Below, piece after piece: positions 51,874-61,169 of a stretch of DNA of 64,000 nucleotides (position 1 is its first letter; the number at the start of each line of letters is the position of its first letter). The notes beneath the pieces are model-generated. The model was not told the origin of the DNA, did no database searches, and was given only the letters and a program-made list of their open reading frames with translations. The stretch comes from Sedimentisphaerales bacterium (GTDB lineage Bacteria; Planctomycetota; Phycisphaerae; Sedimentisphaerales; Anaerobacaceae), in assembly GCA_963708075.1 (NCBI GenBank), contig OY970194.1, positions 6,144,001-6,208,000 on the forward strand, written 5' to 3'. The translations under genes were made by a program, and so were the position numbers.

Positions 51874-53655
51874 ATGGATGCCAAGAAGATCACGATTACA
51901 ATAAACGATAAGCAATACAAGGTCGATCCCGGCCAGACGATCATGCAGGCGGCCGACAAGTGCGGCTACCGCATCCCCCGGCTGTGCTACCACCCGAAGC
52001 TCTCCATCGAGGGGGCGTGCAGGGTCTGCATCGTGCAGGTGGAAGGGATGAAGAATTTCGTCGCCTCGTGCTGCTATCCGGTGGCCGACGGCATGAAGGT
52101 GTACACGAACACCAGGGAGGTCCGGCAGGCCCGGCGGGACATCGTCGAGCTGCTCGTGGACAACCACCCGCAGGACTGCCACGTCTGTGAGCGCGACGGC
52201 AACTGCGAGCTCCAGCGGCTGGTCTATGCGATGGGCATTCGCCACCGCCATTTCGAGGGCGAACGCAAGCACTATGAGAAGGATTTGTCCGGCGCCGGCG
52301 TCATCCGCGACCCGGACAAGTGCATCCTCTGCGGCCGGTGTGTTCGCATGTGCTCGGAGATTCAGGGCGTGCACTGCCTCGGCCAGGCGTATCGCGGCTT
52401 CAACACGGTCGTCATGCCGGCGTACAATATGCCGTTCGCCGAGAGCGTCTGCTCCACCTGCGGCCAGTGCATCAACGTCTGCCCGACTGCCGCTTTCGTT
52501 GAGAAGAACCATACCCAGGAGCTGTTCGAGAAGCTCAATGACAAGAGCCTGGTCAAGGTCGCACAGTTCGCACCGTCCGTGCGAGCAGCTATCGGCGAGG
52601 CATTCGGCCTGCCGCCGGGACGCAACATGGAAGGCCAGCTCATCGCCGCGCTGCGGCACCTGGGATTCGACTACGTCTTCGATACCCAGTTCGCTGCCGA
52701 CCTGACCGTCATGGAAGAGGGCAGCGAATTCCTCGAAAGACTGCAATCCGGCAACCTGCTGCCGCTGATTAGCTCCTGCTCCAGCGCCTGGATGAAGTAT
52801 ATGGAGCAGTTCTATCCGGATATGATCCCGAACATCTCGACGTGCAAGTCGCCGATGTCGATGGCCTCGGCCCTGTTCAAGACGCACTGGGCCGGCAAGA
52901 TGAAGCTGGACCCGAAGCGGATTTTCAGCGTAGCGGTGATGTGCTGCACGGCCAAGAAGTACGAAGCGGCGCGGCCGGAGCTGCAGGTCAACGGCGTGCC
53001 CGCCACGGACATTGTCGTCACGACACGCGAGATCGCGTGGATGATCAAGTCGGCCGGCGTTGACTTCATCAACATCCATCCCGAGAAGCCCGACGCCCCT
53101 CTGGGTCTGTCCTCCGGGGCCGGCACGATCTTCGGCGTCACCGGCGGCGTCATGGAGGCGGCGATCCGCACGGCGTACGAGCTCTACACGGGCGAAACCC
53201 TCATCGACATCGAGGTGGCGGACATTCGCGGCTTCAAAGGCGTCAAAGAGGCCAAAATCACCATGGATGGCAAGGAGCTGCGGGTGGCCGTCGCACACGG
53301 ATTGGGCAACGCGCATCAACTTATGGAGATGGTCCGCAAGGACCCCGGCCGGTTCCAGTTCGTCGAGGTCATGGGCTGTCCCGGCGGCTGCATCGGCGGC
53401 GGCGGCCAGCCCTACGCCGCGGCCAACTCCATTCCTCTCGATGAGGAATGTCTCAGGCTGCGGGCCCAGGCCCTCTACGACCTGGACCGGGCCAAGACGA
53501 TCCGCCGAAGTCATGACAATCCGGATGTCCAGAGACTCTACCGGGAGTTCCTGGGCCGGCCGCTCAGCGAGAAATCGCACGAGCTGCTCCATACTCATTA
53601 CAAGGCCCACACGCCCAAGGGCATTGTCTCGCCTGAATTGAAAGTCGTCGTCTAA
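51874..53655 (+). CDS. hydA: [FeFe]-hydrogenase catalytic subunit, group A, M3 architecture (HydA/HndD)
   Basis: [2Fe-2S], HxxxCxxCxxxxxC and 2x[4Fe-4S] domains; APSVR, TCKSP, EVMGCPGGCIGGGGQP and SHELLHTHY motifs. Confidence 0.95.
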   Translation: MDAKKITITINDKQYKVDPGQTIMQAADKCGYRIPRLCYHPKLSIEGACRVCIVQVEGMKNFVASCCYPVADGMKVYTNTREVRQARRDIVELLVDNHPQDCHVCERDGNCELQRLVYAMGIRHRHFEGERKHYEKDLSGAGVIRDPDKCILCGRCVRMCSEIQGVHCLGQAYRGFNTVVMPAYNMPFAESVCSTCGQCINVCPTAAFVEKNHTQELFEKLNDKSLVKVAQFAPSVRAAIGEAFGLPPGRNMEGQLIAALRHLGFDYVFDTQFAADLTVMEEGSEFLERLQSGNLLPLISSCSSAWMKYMEQFYPDMIPNISTCKSPMSMASALFKTHWAGKMKLDPKRIFSVAVMCCTAKKYEAARPELQVNGVPATDIVVTTREIAWMIKSAGVDFINIHPEKPDAPLGLSSGAGTIFGVTGGVMEAAIRTAYELYTGETLIDIEVADIRGFKGVKEAKITMDGKELRVAVAHGLGNAHQLMEMVRKDPGRFQFVEVMGCPGGCIGGGGQPYAAANSIPLDEECLRLRAQALYDLDRAKTIRRSHDNPDVQRLYREFLGRPLSEKSHELLHTHYKAHTPKGIVSPELKVVV

Positions 53656-53696
53656 GGAGTGGCCAGATGACTGTTTCGCAATGTGCCATATTCAAT

Positions 53697-53787
53697 CGGG
53701 TGGCAGCGTCAAGGCCGAAGGCCTTGGCGATGGTGCTGTGCAAATACAGTGGAGCCATCGCCAAGCTGCGCTTGACGCTGCCACCCG
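53697..53787. repeat. Family A palindromic element, copy 3
   Basis: CGGGTGGCAGCGTCAAGGCCGAAGGCCTTGGCGATGG...CCATCGCCAAGCTGCGCTTGACGCTGCCACCCG; arms identical to the copy at 60398. Confidence 0.88.
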
Positions 53788-53815
53788 TCGACAGCTTTGT
53801 AGAGAGGCAATATAC

Positions 53816-55333
53816 GTGACGATAACCGTTAGAAACACCAGGCCGGCCACCGGATATGGAGGCTGGATGGAGAACAGGATCAAGCCCGAGCAGATCGAGA
53901 AGTATCTCGATAACGGGCGGGACTTCCTCGACGAGGCCGCGATCGAGCGGGCCTTGGCTGCAAATGTGAATCCGGATCCGAAGCGGGTGCGGGAGATCCT
54001 GGCCAAGTCTCTTGCCATCGAGACCCTGACGCTCGATGAGACGGCGTGCCTGCTCCACGTCGAAGACCCGGAGCTGCTGGCCGAGATGCGGCAGACCGCC
54101 GCGGCGGTTAAGACAAAAGTGTACGACAACCGCATCGTGACCTTCGCGCCGCTGTACCTGAGCAATCTGTGCGTCAACGACTGCGTGTACTGCGGCTTTC
54201 GGAGCAGCAATCACGCGGAGAGCCGGCGGATTCTGTCGCAGGACGAGGTCCGCCGCGAGGTCGAGGTGCTGGCCGGCCAGATCGGCCACAAGCGTCTGAT
54301 CGTGGTCTACGGCGAGCACCCGAAGTCCGGCGTCGAGTACATCGCCGAGACGTTGCGAACCATCGGCGACGTGAAGGTCAAGACCCGGCGCGGCTGGGGT
54401 CAGATCCGCCGGTGCAACGTCAACGCGGCACCGCTCAGGATCGAGGAGCTTCGCGTCCTGAAAGACGCGGGCATCGGCACGTTCCAGGTGTTCCAGGAGA
54501 CATACCACAAGAAGACCTACGAGCGGCTGCACCCGAGCCACACGATCAAGGGCAACTACCGCTGGCGGCTCTACTGCATGCACCGTGCGATGGAAGCCGG
54601 CGTCGATGACGTGGGGATCGGACCGCTGATCGGCCTGTATGACTGGAAATTCGAGGTCATGGCGCTTCTGTGTCACTCGATCGATTTGGAGAAGAAGTTC
54701 GGGATCGGGCCGCATACCATTTCGTTCCCGCGAATCGAACCGGCGCACAACACGCCATTCGTGCAGAATCTTCAGTATGGAGTCAGCGACGCGGACTTCA
54801 AGCGGTTGGTGACGGTGATCCGGCTGGCCGTGCCGTATACGGGCATGATTGTGACCGCCCGCGAAAGCGCCCGGCTTCGGCGGGAAACCCTGCCCCTGGG
54901 CTGCACGCAATTGGATGCATCGAGCCGGATCGGGATCGGTGGCTACGCGGACCGGCCTGACGACCGGCAGCAGGATGACCGGCAGCAGTTCATCCTCGGT
55001 GACACTCGCTCGCTGGACGACGTGGTCCGCGAGCTTGCCCAGGCCGGGTCCATCACGTCGTTCTGCACGGCCGGCTATCGCTGCGGGCGGACCGGGCAGA
55101 AGATCATGGGACTACTGCGGAGCGGCAAGGAAGGGCAGTTCTGCAAGCTAAACGCCGTAATTACCTTCCGTGAGTGGCTCGATGATTTTGCCAGTCCCGA
55201 GACGATCGCGGCGGGCGAAAAAGTCATCGCAAAAGAAATCGAGCAGATCAAACACAAAATGCCGGAGGTCTTCGAGACATTCATGAGCTACTACGAGAAG
55301 ACCGGAGCCGGCCAGAGAGATCTGTACTTCTAG
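53816..55333 (+). CDS. hydG: [FeFe]-hydrogenase H-cluster maturase HydG
   Basis: FAPLYLSNLCVNDCVYCGF, FQETYH, GPHTISFPRIEPA, C-terminal CX5CX19C and GQRDLYF motifs. GTG start with GAGAGG RBS (alternative ATG 53867). Confidence 0.93.
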   Translation: MTITVRNTRPATGYGGWMENRIKPEQIEKYLDNGRDFLDEAAIERALAANVNPDPKRVREILAKSLAIETLTLDETACLLHVEDPELLAEMRQTAAAVKTKVYDNRIVTFAPLYLSNLCVNDCVYCGFRSSNHAESRRILSQDEVRREVEVLAGQIGHKRLIVVYGEHPKSGVEYIAETLRTIGDVKVKTRRGWGQIRRCNVNAAPLRIEELRVLKDAGIGTFQVFQETYHKKTYERLHPSHTIKGNYRWRLYCMHRAMEAGVDDVGIGPLIGLYDWKFEVMALLCHSIDLEKKFGIGPHTISFPRIEPAHNTPFVQNLQYGVSDADFKRLVTVIRLAVPYTGMIVTARESARLRRETLPLGCTQLDASSRIGIGGYADRPDDRQQDDRQQFILGDTRSLDDVVRELAQAGSITSFCTAGYRCGRTGQKIMGLLRSGKEGQFCKLNAVITFREWLDDFASPETIAAGEKVIAKEIEQIKHKMPEVFETFMSYYEKTGAGQRDLYF

Positions 55334-55354
55334 TGATACACAGGAACCCTGCAC

Positions 55355-55888
55355 ATGACAAAACTCCAGACAAAAGAGAAGACGACACCCACAACGAATG
55401 AAGACAAGCTGACCGAGCTTCGCCAGCTCATCGCCGAGGTGAAGATGCAGGAGAATCCGCACTCGCATCTGATCACGGTGCTGCACCGGACCCAGGATAT
55501 GTACGGGTATCTGCCGGTTGAGGCCATGGACGAGATCGCGCAGGCGATGGAGATTCCCACGGCCCATATCTGGGGCGTGGCGACGTTCTACCATTATTTC
55601 AAGCTGACGCCGCCGGGCAAGCACGTGATCTCCGTCTGCCTGGGCACCGCCTGCTACGTGAAGGGCGCCACCCAGATCCTGCAGACGATCAAGGATGAAT
55701 TGAAGATCGACTTCGGTCAGATGACACAGGACGGGCTGTTCTCGCTCGGTCCGGCTCGATGCCTGGGCGCCTGCGGCCTGGCCCCCGTAGTCATGATCGA
55801 CGACAAGATCCACGGCGAGCTGACCCCCAAGAAAATCATCCAGATCCTCAAAGAGTACAGGAAGCAGGCAGGGAAAGCGGACGCGTAG
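55355..55888 (+). CDS. hydC: NuoE-like [2Fe-2S] subunit (HydC/HndA)
   Basis: GVATFYHYF, CLGTACYVKG and CLGACGLAPV motifs. Confidence 0.92.
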   Translation: MTKLQTKEKTTPTTNEDKLTELRQLIAEVKMQENPHSHLITVLHRTQDMYGYLPVEAMDEIAQAMEIPTAHIWGVATFYHYFKLTPPGKHVISVCLGTACYVKGATQILQTIKDELKIDFGQMTQDGLFSLGPARCLGACGLAPVVMIDDKIHGELTPKKIIQILKEYRKQAGKADA

Positions 55889-57133
55889 ATGAATCCCCGG
55901 GAAGAAAAGCTGGTGGATTGCGGACTGCGGATTGCGGATTGCGGATTGGAGGAGGCTCGTGCCGCCAATCCGAAATCTGAAATCCGAAATCCGCAATTCG
56001 CGGCTGTTCTGGAGCGGATCTACGCTGCCGAGATGCCGGAGCCGGCGGATATCGAGGAGGTTCTGCTCGCTACGGACCATGATGAGGTCGGCCTGCTGTT
56101 CGCTTTCGCGGATCAGGTCAGGCGGGAACACGTCGGGGACGGGGTATTGTTGCGCGGGATCATTGAGTTCTCGAATGTCTGCCGCAACACGTGCATGTAC
56201 TGCGGGCTCCACAGGGACAACCACCGGCTGCAACGCTACCGGTTGACCCGGGAACAGATCCTGGCGGCGGCGGGGAATATCCGGCACGCGGGGATAAAAA
56301 CGGTTGTGCTCCAGAGTGGCGAAGAAGATAATCTCGACGGTGGCTGGCTGCAGCAGGTGATCGAAGAGATCAAGAGCCGTTTCGACGTGGCCGTGACGCT
56401 TTCTGTCGGAGAGCGCCGCCGTGAAGAGTACGAACAGTGGAAACAGGCGGGGGCCGACAGGTACTTGTTGAAGATCGAAACATCCGATCCGAGCCTCTAC
56501 CGAGAGCTGCATCCCGGGATGAGCTTCGAGAACAGAATCAGGTGCTTGCAGGATCTGGCCGAGCTGGGCTACCAGACGGGCTCGGGCAACCTCGTCGGCC
56601 TCAAGGGGCAGAGCCTTCGGAGCCTCGTCGGCGACGTCCGGTTCTTCAAGCAGGGCAACTTCGATATGATCAGCGTCAGTCCTTTCATCCCGCACCCGCA
56701 TACGCCGCTGGCCGCTGAGCCCGCCGGCGACCTGACGATGACCCTGAAGATGACGGCCCTGGCCCGCATCGTCAGCAGGAATGCTCATATTCCTGCCACC
56801 ACGGCGATTGGCTCGCTGCACGGACGGGATGAGCGTCCGAAGGCGTTGGCCGCCGGCGCCAACGTGCTCATGCCGAACTTCACACCGGCGCCGTATCGCC
56901 GGTACTACGAGATTTATCCGAACAAGCGATGCGTAGGCGAAGAGGTTGGCACCTGCGCAGGCTGCATGGAACAAATGGTTGCTGCGATGGGCCGACGGGT
57001 GAACTATGGCCGAGGCGACAGCCTGAAGGGGAGTCTGAAGAATGTAGGGTGTGCATCGCACACCTTCTCCAGCGATGACAGAGGTTCACAATCGGCGATA
57101 GAAAAGGTGTGCGGTGCACACCCTGCTGAATGA
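55889..57133 (+). CDS. hydE: [FeFe]-hydrogenase maturase HydE (radical SAM)
   Basis: RGIIEFSNVCRNTCMYCG, VLQSGE, PFIPHPHTPL, PATTA, GANVLMPN and YEIYPNK motifs. Confidence 0.92.
   Translation: MNPREEKLVDCGLRIADCGLEEARAANPKSEIRNPQFAAVLERIYAAEMPEPADIEEVLLATDHDEVGLLFAFADQVRREHVGDGVLLRGIIEFSNVCRNTCMYCGLHRDNHRLQRYRLTREQILAAAGNIRHAGIKTVVLQSGEEDNLDGGWLQQVIEEIKSRFDVAVTLSVGERRREEYEQWKQAGADRYLLKIETSDPSLYRELHPGMSFENRIRCLQDLAELGYQTGSGNLVGLKGQSLRSLVGDVRFFKQGNFDMISVSPFIPHPHTPLAAEPAGDLTMTLKMTALARIVSRNAHIPATTAIGSLHGRDERPKALAAGANVLMPNFTPAPYRRYYEIYPNKRCVGEEVGTCAGCMEQMVAAMGRRVNYGRGDSLKGSLKNVGCASHTFSSDDRGSQSAIEKVCGAHPAE
57044..57126. repeat. Inverted GTAG-type REP pair inside the hydE 3' end
   Basis: GTAGGGTGTGCATCGCACACC ... 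GGTGTGCGGTGCACACCCTGC; same family at 63520-63540. Confidence 0.8.
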
Positions 57134-57149
57134 AAAGGAGAAACACGCG

Positions 57150-57539
57150 ATGGCAAACAAGGTATTGATGATTGATGATGATCCGGAGTTCGTGGAAGCG
57201 ATCTCGAATCTGCTCGATGCGAAGGGCTACGACGTGCACACCGCGTCAAACGGCAGGGACGGGGTTGCGAAGGCCAAGGCCGAGAACCCGGACCTCATCC
57301 TGCTCGATGTTATGATGACCACGAAGAACGAGGGTTTCAACGTGGCCCGGGAGCTGCACGAGGATCAGAAGCTGCGGGAAACGCCGATCATCATCATGAC
57401 GGGAATTCGGCGGGAGATGAACCTGCCGTTCGGCTTCGAGCCGGATGAGACGTGGCTGCCCGTCAAACGCGTGCTGGAAAAGCCTGTGAAGCCCGAGGTC
57501 CTGCTCAACGCCATCTCCGAGCACATCAAGAAGGCGTGA
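57150..57539 (+). CDS. Single-domain response regulator
   Basis: LMIDDD, PDLILLDVMM and EKP motifs; AAGGAG RBS. Confidence 0.92.
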   Translation: MANKVLMIDDDPEFVEAISNLLDAKGYDVHTASNGRDGVAKAKAENPDLILLDVMMTTKNEGFNVARELHEDQKLRETPIIIMTGIRREMNLPFGFEPDETWLPVKRVLEKPVKPEVLLNAISEHIKKA

Positions 57540-57549
57540 CTTACCGCGT

Positions 57550-58233
57550 ATGGCCAAAGAAGTGATACTCGTCGTTGATGACGAAGAGGATATTCGCGAG
57601 CTGGTGGCGCTGAACCTCAGTCGCGAGGAGTACCAGATCCTGTCTTGTGATACGGGCGAGCGTGCACTGGAGCTTGTGCGATCCAAGAAGCCGGACCTGG
57701 TTGTGCTGGACCTCATGCTGCCCGGCGTGGACGGTCTGGAGGTCTGCAGGCGGCTCAAGGCCGATCCGAACACGCGACCAATCCCGGTCATCATGCTCAC
57801 GGCTAAAGGGGAGGAGACCGACATCGTGACCGGTCTCGAACTGGGAGCCGACGATTACGTGACCAAGCCATTCAGCGGCAAGGTCCTGACCGCACGAGTC
57901 CGACGGCTCCTGCGGAGACACGTGGAGGGGGTCCAGGAAAAGAGCACCGTCCGGGTGGAAGGGGTGGAGATCGATCCCGTCCGCCGGGAAGTGCGGATCG
58001 ACGGCGAGCCTGTGACCATGACTCTGACGGAATTCAACATTCTCCACACCCTCGCCAGGCGGCGGGGTGCAGTGTTCACACGGTATCAGATCGTTGATAC
58101 AATCCATGGCGACGACTATCTCGTTACGGACCGGGCGGTGGACGTCCAGATCGTTGCCCTGAGACGCAAGCTCGGCCCGTACGGCAAGCTCATTGAAACG
58201 GTCCGCGGGGTCGGCTACAGGCTCAAGGGCTGA
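57550..58233 (+). CDS. OmpR/PhoB-family response regulator
   Basis: LVVDDE, LDLMLPG, GADDYVTKPF, RAVDVQI..LRRKL and ETVRGVGY motifs. Confidence 0.93.
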   Translation: MAKEVILVVDDEEDIRELVALNLSREEYQILSCDTGERALELVRSKKPDLVVLDLMLPGVDGLEVCRRLKADPNTRPIPVIMLTAKGEETDIVTGLELGADDYVTKPFSGKVLTARVRRLLRRHVEGVQEKSTVRVEGVEIDPVRREVRIDGEPVTMTLTEFNILHTLARRRGAVFTRYQIVDTIHGDDYLVTDRAVDVQIVALRRKLGPYGKLIETVRGVGYRLKG

Positions 58234-58257
58234 TGCGGCCGGGTCCTGTACCTGAAA

Positions 58258-60035
58258 ATGCTGAGAAGAAAACTAATCTGGCAATTATACCCGTCTTTCC
58301 TGGCGGTTACGCTGCTGGCGCTGGCGGCCGCAGCCGCGTATGCCTCCTACAGGTTCCATGGATTCCACCTCGATCAGGTTCAACAGGAGTTGTTGACTCT
58401 GACCCGGGTGGTCGTCCCTGAGGTCGAACAGGCTCTTGTTTCTGCCGACCCGTGCGATGTGGATGCACTGGCGGATCGCCTTGGTGAGGCCACCGGCGGA
58501 CGGGTGCGGTTCACGATCATCACGCCGACTGGCACGGTCATCGGCGATTCGCAGGAGGATCCGGCCGGGATGCAAAGTCATGCGGACCGGCTGGAAGTCA
58601 TCGGAGCTCTTCGCGACGGATTTGGACGCTCGGTACACCTGAGCCCGACGCTCGGCACGAGGATGATGTACGTTGCCATCCCCGTTCAGCAGGACGGGCA
58701 GCCCGTCGCAGTCATCCGCGCCGCCATGGCGATTACGGCGATTGACCGGCCCATGAAGGGTTTCTACATCAGCGTCGCCTGGGCGGCAGCAATCATCGCC
58801 CTGGTCGCCGCCTTCCTCAGCCTTCTGATTTCACGGGGCATCAGCCGGCCGATCGTGCGGATGCAGCGGGTCGCCCAGCTCTTCGCGCGGGGACAGCTCA
58901 ATGCGCAGGTGCCCGGTACCGGGGCCGCCGAGCTGGACGGTCTGGCGAAAGCCCTCAACGAGATGGCCACGCAACTCCAGGACCGGATCGCGACGATCAC
59001 GAAACAGCGCAATGAGCTGGAGGCCGTCCTGTCGAGCATGACGGAGGGGGTCTTTGCGGTGGATTCGCAGGGCCGCTTTGCCAGCATCAATAAGGCAGCG
59101 GCGCAGTTGCTGACTATCGATCCGGCGCAGCGCAGGGCCGCAGCGTGGAAGAGGCCATTCATGACGTCGAGCTCCGGCAGTTCGTCCGCGATACGCTCGG
59201 TAGCGACGAACCCACGGACGCGGATATCTCGTTCCCTGGGGAGAAGGAGCGTCTCTTTCACGTGTGCGGAGCCGGCCTGTCGGACCCGAGGGGGGAGCGG
59301 TCCGGCGCGGTGATCGTATTGAGCGATATGACTCAAATCCACCGGCTTGAGAACCTTCGCCGCGATTTCGTCGCGAATGTCTCGCATGAGCTCAAGACGC
59401 CCGTAACGTCCATTCAAGGCTTCGCCGAGGCCCTTCAGGAAGGGGGGCTGGCCGATCCCGAGCAGACCCGGCGCTACGTGGACATTATTGCCAAGCAAGC
59501 CCAGCGGCTCAACGCGATCATCGACGATCTGCTGAGCCTGTCGCGTCTGGAGGACGGCGCCCAGCAGCGGGCCATCTCCTTCGAGACCGCCCGTCTCAAG
59601 CCGATCCTGGAGACCGCCGTCGATCTGTCCCGCGTCAAGGCCGACGCCAGGCAAATCACAATTGACCTGATTTGCGACGAGGGCGTCGAGGGAAGGCTGA
59701 ACGGCCCCTTGCTGGAACAGGCGGTGCTCAACCTCGTCGATAATGCCATCAAGTACAGCGAGCCCGGCAGTGTCGTCGAGGTGTGTGCCGGGGCAACGGG
59801 GAACGAGAACACGATCTCAGTTAAGGACAGCGGCTGCGGAATTCCGCCGCAGCATCTTTCAAGGCTCTTCGAGAGATTCTACGTGGTCGATAAGAGCCGC
59901 AGCCGAAAGCTGGGCGGCACCGGCCTGGGCCTGGCCATCGTCAAGCACATCGCCCAAGTCCACGGCGGCTACGTAACCGTCGAGAGCACGCCCGGAAAAG
60001 GCAGTACCTTCACCATCCACCTGCCCCGCTCCTAA
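58258..60035 (+). CDS. PhoR-like sensor histidine kinase (HAMP-PAS-HisKA-HATPase; one frameshift at about 59130)
   Basis: ORF 58258-59313 (TM, HAMP, start of PAS) joins ORF 59145-60035 (RRDFVANVSHELKTP, NLVDNAIKYS, GGTGLGL) as DPAQAQGRSVEEAI. Confidence 0.88.
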
Positions 60036-60051
60036 GGAATTGACTCCAACA

Positions 60052-60601
60052 AGGGCGCCATGTCTACGCTTGCGTAGACATGTTCGACTCGATGGACAAA
60101 GCATGCTTACGCGAGCATAAGCATGGCACCCAAGTTTCATCCTTTCGCATCCTGTTTCTTCCCGACACCAGCCACCCGGCAGCGCAGCGATTCGCAATGA
60201 CATTCTCAAACGCCCCAGTCGCAGGGCGAGTGTCTCCGCTCGCACCTGTTTAGCCTGGAAAGGCTCAATCTTGGGTGGCACGGGCAAACTCGTTTGCCCG
60301 TGGGGCTTCGAATGGACGGGCTCCATCGAATGAGCACCGTCAAACGAGTTGGCTTCGTCCCAAATCCTTGAGATCAAGCCTGTGCAAGCTGCGCAGTCGG
60401 GTGGCAGCGTCAAGGCCGAAGGCCTTGGCGATGGCGAATGGGCAAGACCATCGCCAAGCTGCGCTTGACGCTGCCACCCAAAACTCAACAACTTGGAACG
60501 AACCCAACGAGTCTGGCGGTGCCACCCGGCGAGTGGGAGGCTCCAGGCTGGACATGTACCCACGCTCGCCCGAGGGTGTCGTGCGAGGACGCACGACCTG
60601 C
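60052..60601. repeat. Mixed REP cluster, including family A copy 4 (60398-60479)
   Basis: CATGTCTACGCTTGCGTAGACATG / CATGCTTACGCGAGCATAAGCATGGCACCC; TGGGTGGCACGGGCAAACTCGTTTGCCCGTGG (identical at 61919-61950); GTCGTGCGAGGACGCACGACC. Confidence 0.85.
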
Positions 60602-60602
60602 G

Positions 60603-61169
60603 TCAGACGCTCCAGTATTGCAGGAGAGGACCGTCGGGACCGTAGATAGGGTCGGATTTGGGCAGCGGCACGCGGGCGATGTTCTCGTCGGCCCTGGGTC
60701 GCTCACCCTCCTCGCCGTAGCACATGTCGTAGCCTTGCCCCTGTGGATAGGCTCCAACGACGACAAACGCGCCGCCGGCCGTGAGCCGCTTATGTGCGAT
60801 GCCCGCCGGGATGAGGACCACGTCGCCTGCCGAGATGGTCCGCGTGATTCCGTAATCGCCGCCGAAGCGGACCTCCGCCTGCCCGCCGCAGATTGCGAGC
60901 ACCTCATGAGCGGTGCTGTGGTAGTGATGGAAGTCGTACATGCCGTTGATCCAGGAGCCGTCCCACAGATTCTCCTCGAATAGTTTCTGCACCTGCGCGA
61001 TCAGGTCCGGCGCCTCGACGTCCAATGCTTGCCTGTAGATCAGCAGCGGCAGTGCCCCATTGTTGGGAAATACGCCTGTGTCGGCCAGTGTATGCATCTC
61101 GACGTTGGGAGAGCGAACGATCTCCTCGACCGCCGGTCTGCCGGTCTTCTCTGTTCTCTCATGGTTCAT
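60603..61169 (-). CDS. Cupin-domain protein (YjlB-like)
   Basis: FPNN, YDFHHYHSTAHEVL, GDVVLIPAGIAH, VVGAYP and DPIYG motifs. Confidence 0.9.
   Translation of the reverse strand: MNHERTEKTGRPAVEEIVRSPNVEMHTLADTGVFPNNGALPLLIYRQALDVEAPDLIAQVQKLFEENLWDGSWINGMYDFHHYHSTAHEVLAICGGQAEVRFGGDYGITRTISAGDVVLIPAGIAHKRLTAGGAFVVVGAYPQGQGYDMCYGEEGERPRADENIARVPLPKSDPIYGPDGPLLQYWSV

Noticed and set aside
50797..53610. 937-aa minus-strand ORF, and similar long antisense ORFs (17245-19161, 32945-35053, 55148-57061)
   Set aside because: They lie opposite well-supported genes and have no motifs; long antisense frames are expected from high-GC codon bias.
55060..55150. HydG lacking the usual CX2CX22C motif
   Set aside because: It has the alternative CX5CX19C arrangement, a known functional HydG variant.
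2001..60035. Calling the eight frameshifted genes pseudogenes or programmed frameshifts
   Set aside because: Each has a single indel, both halves are otherwise intact, there are no slippery heptamers, and the contexts recur; a sequencing artefact is more parsimonious.
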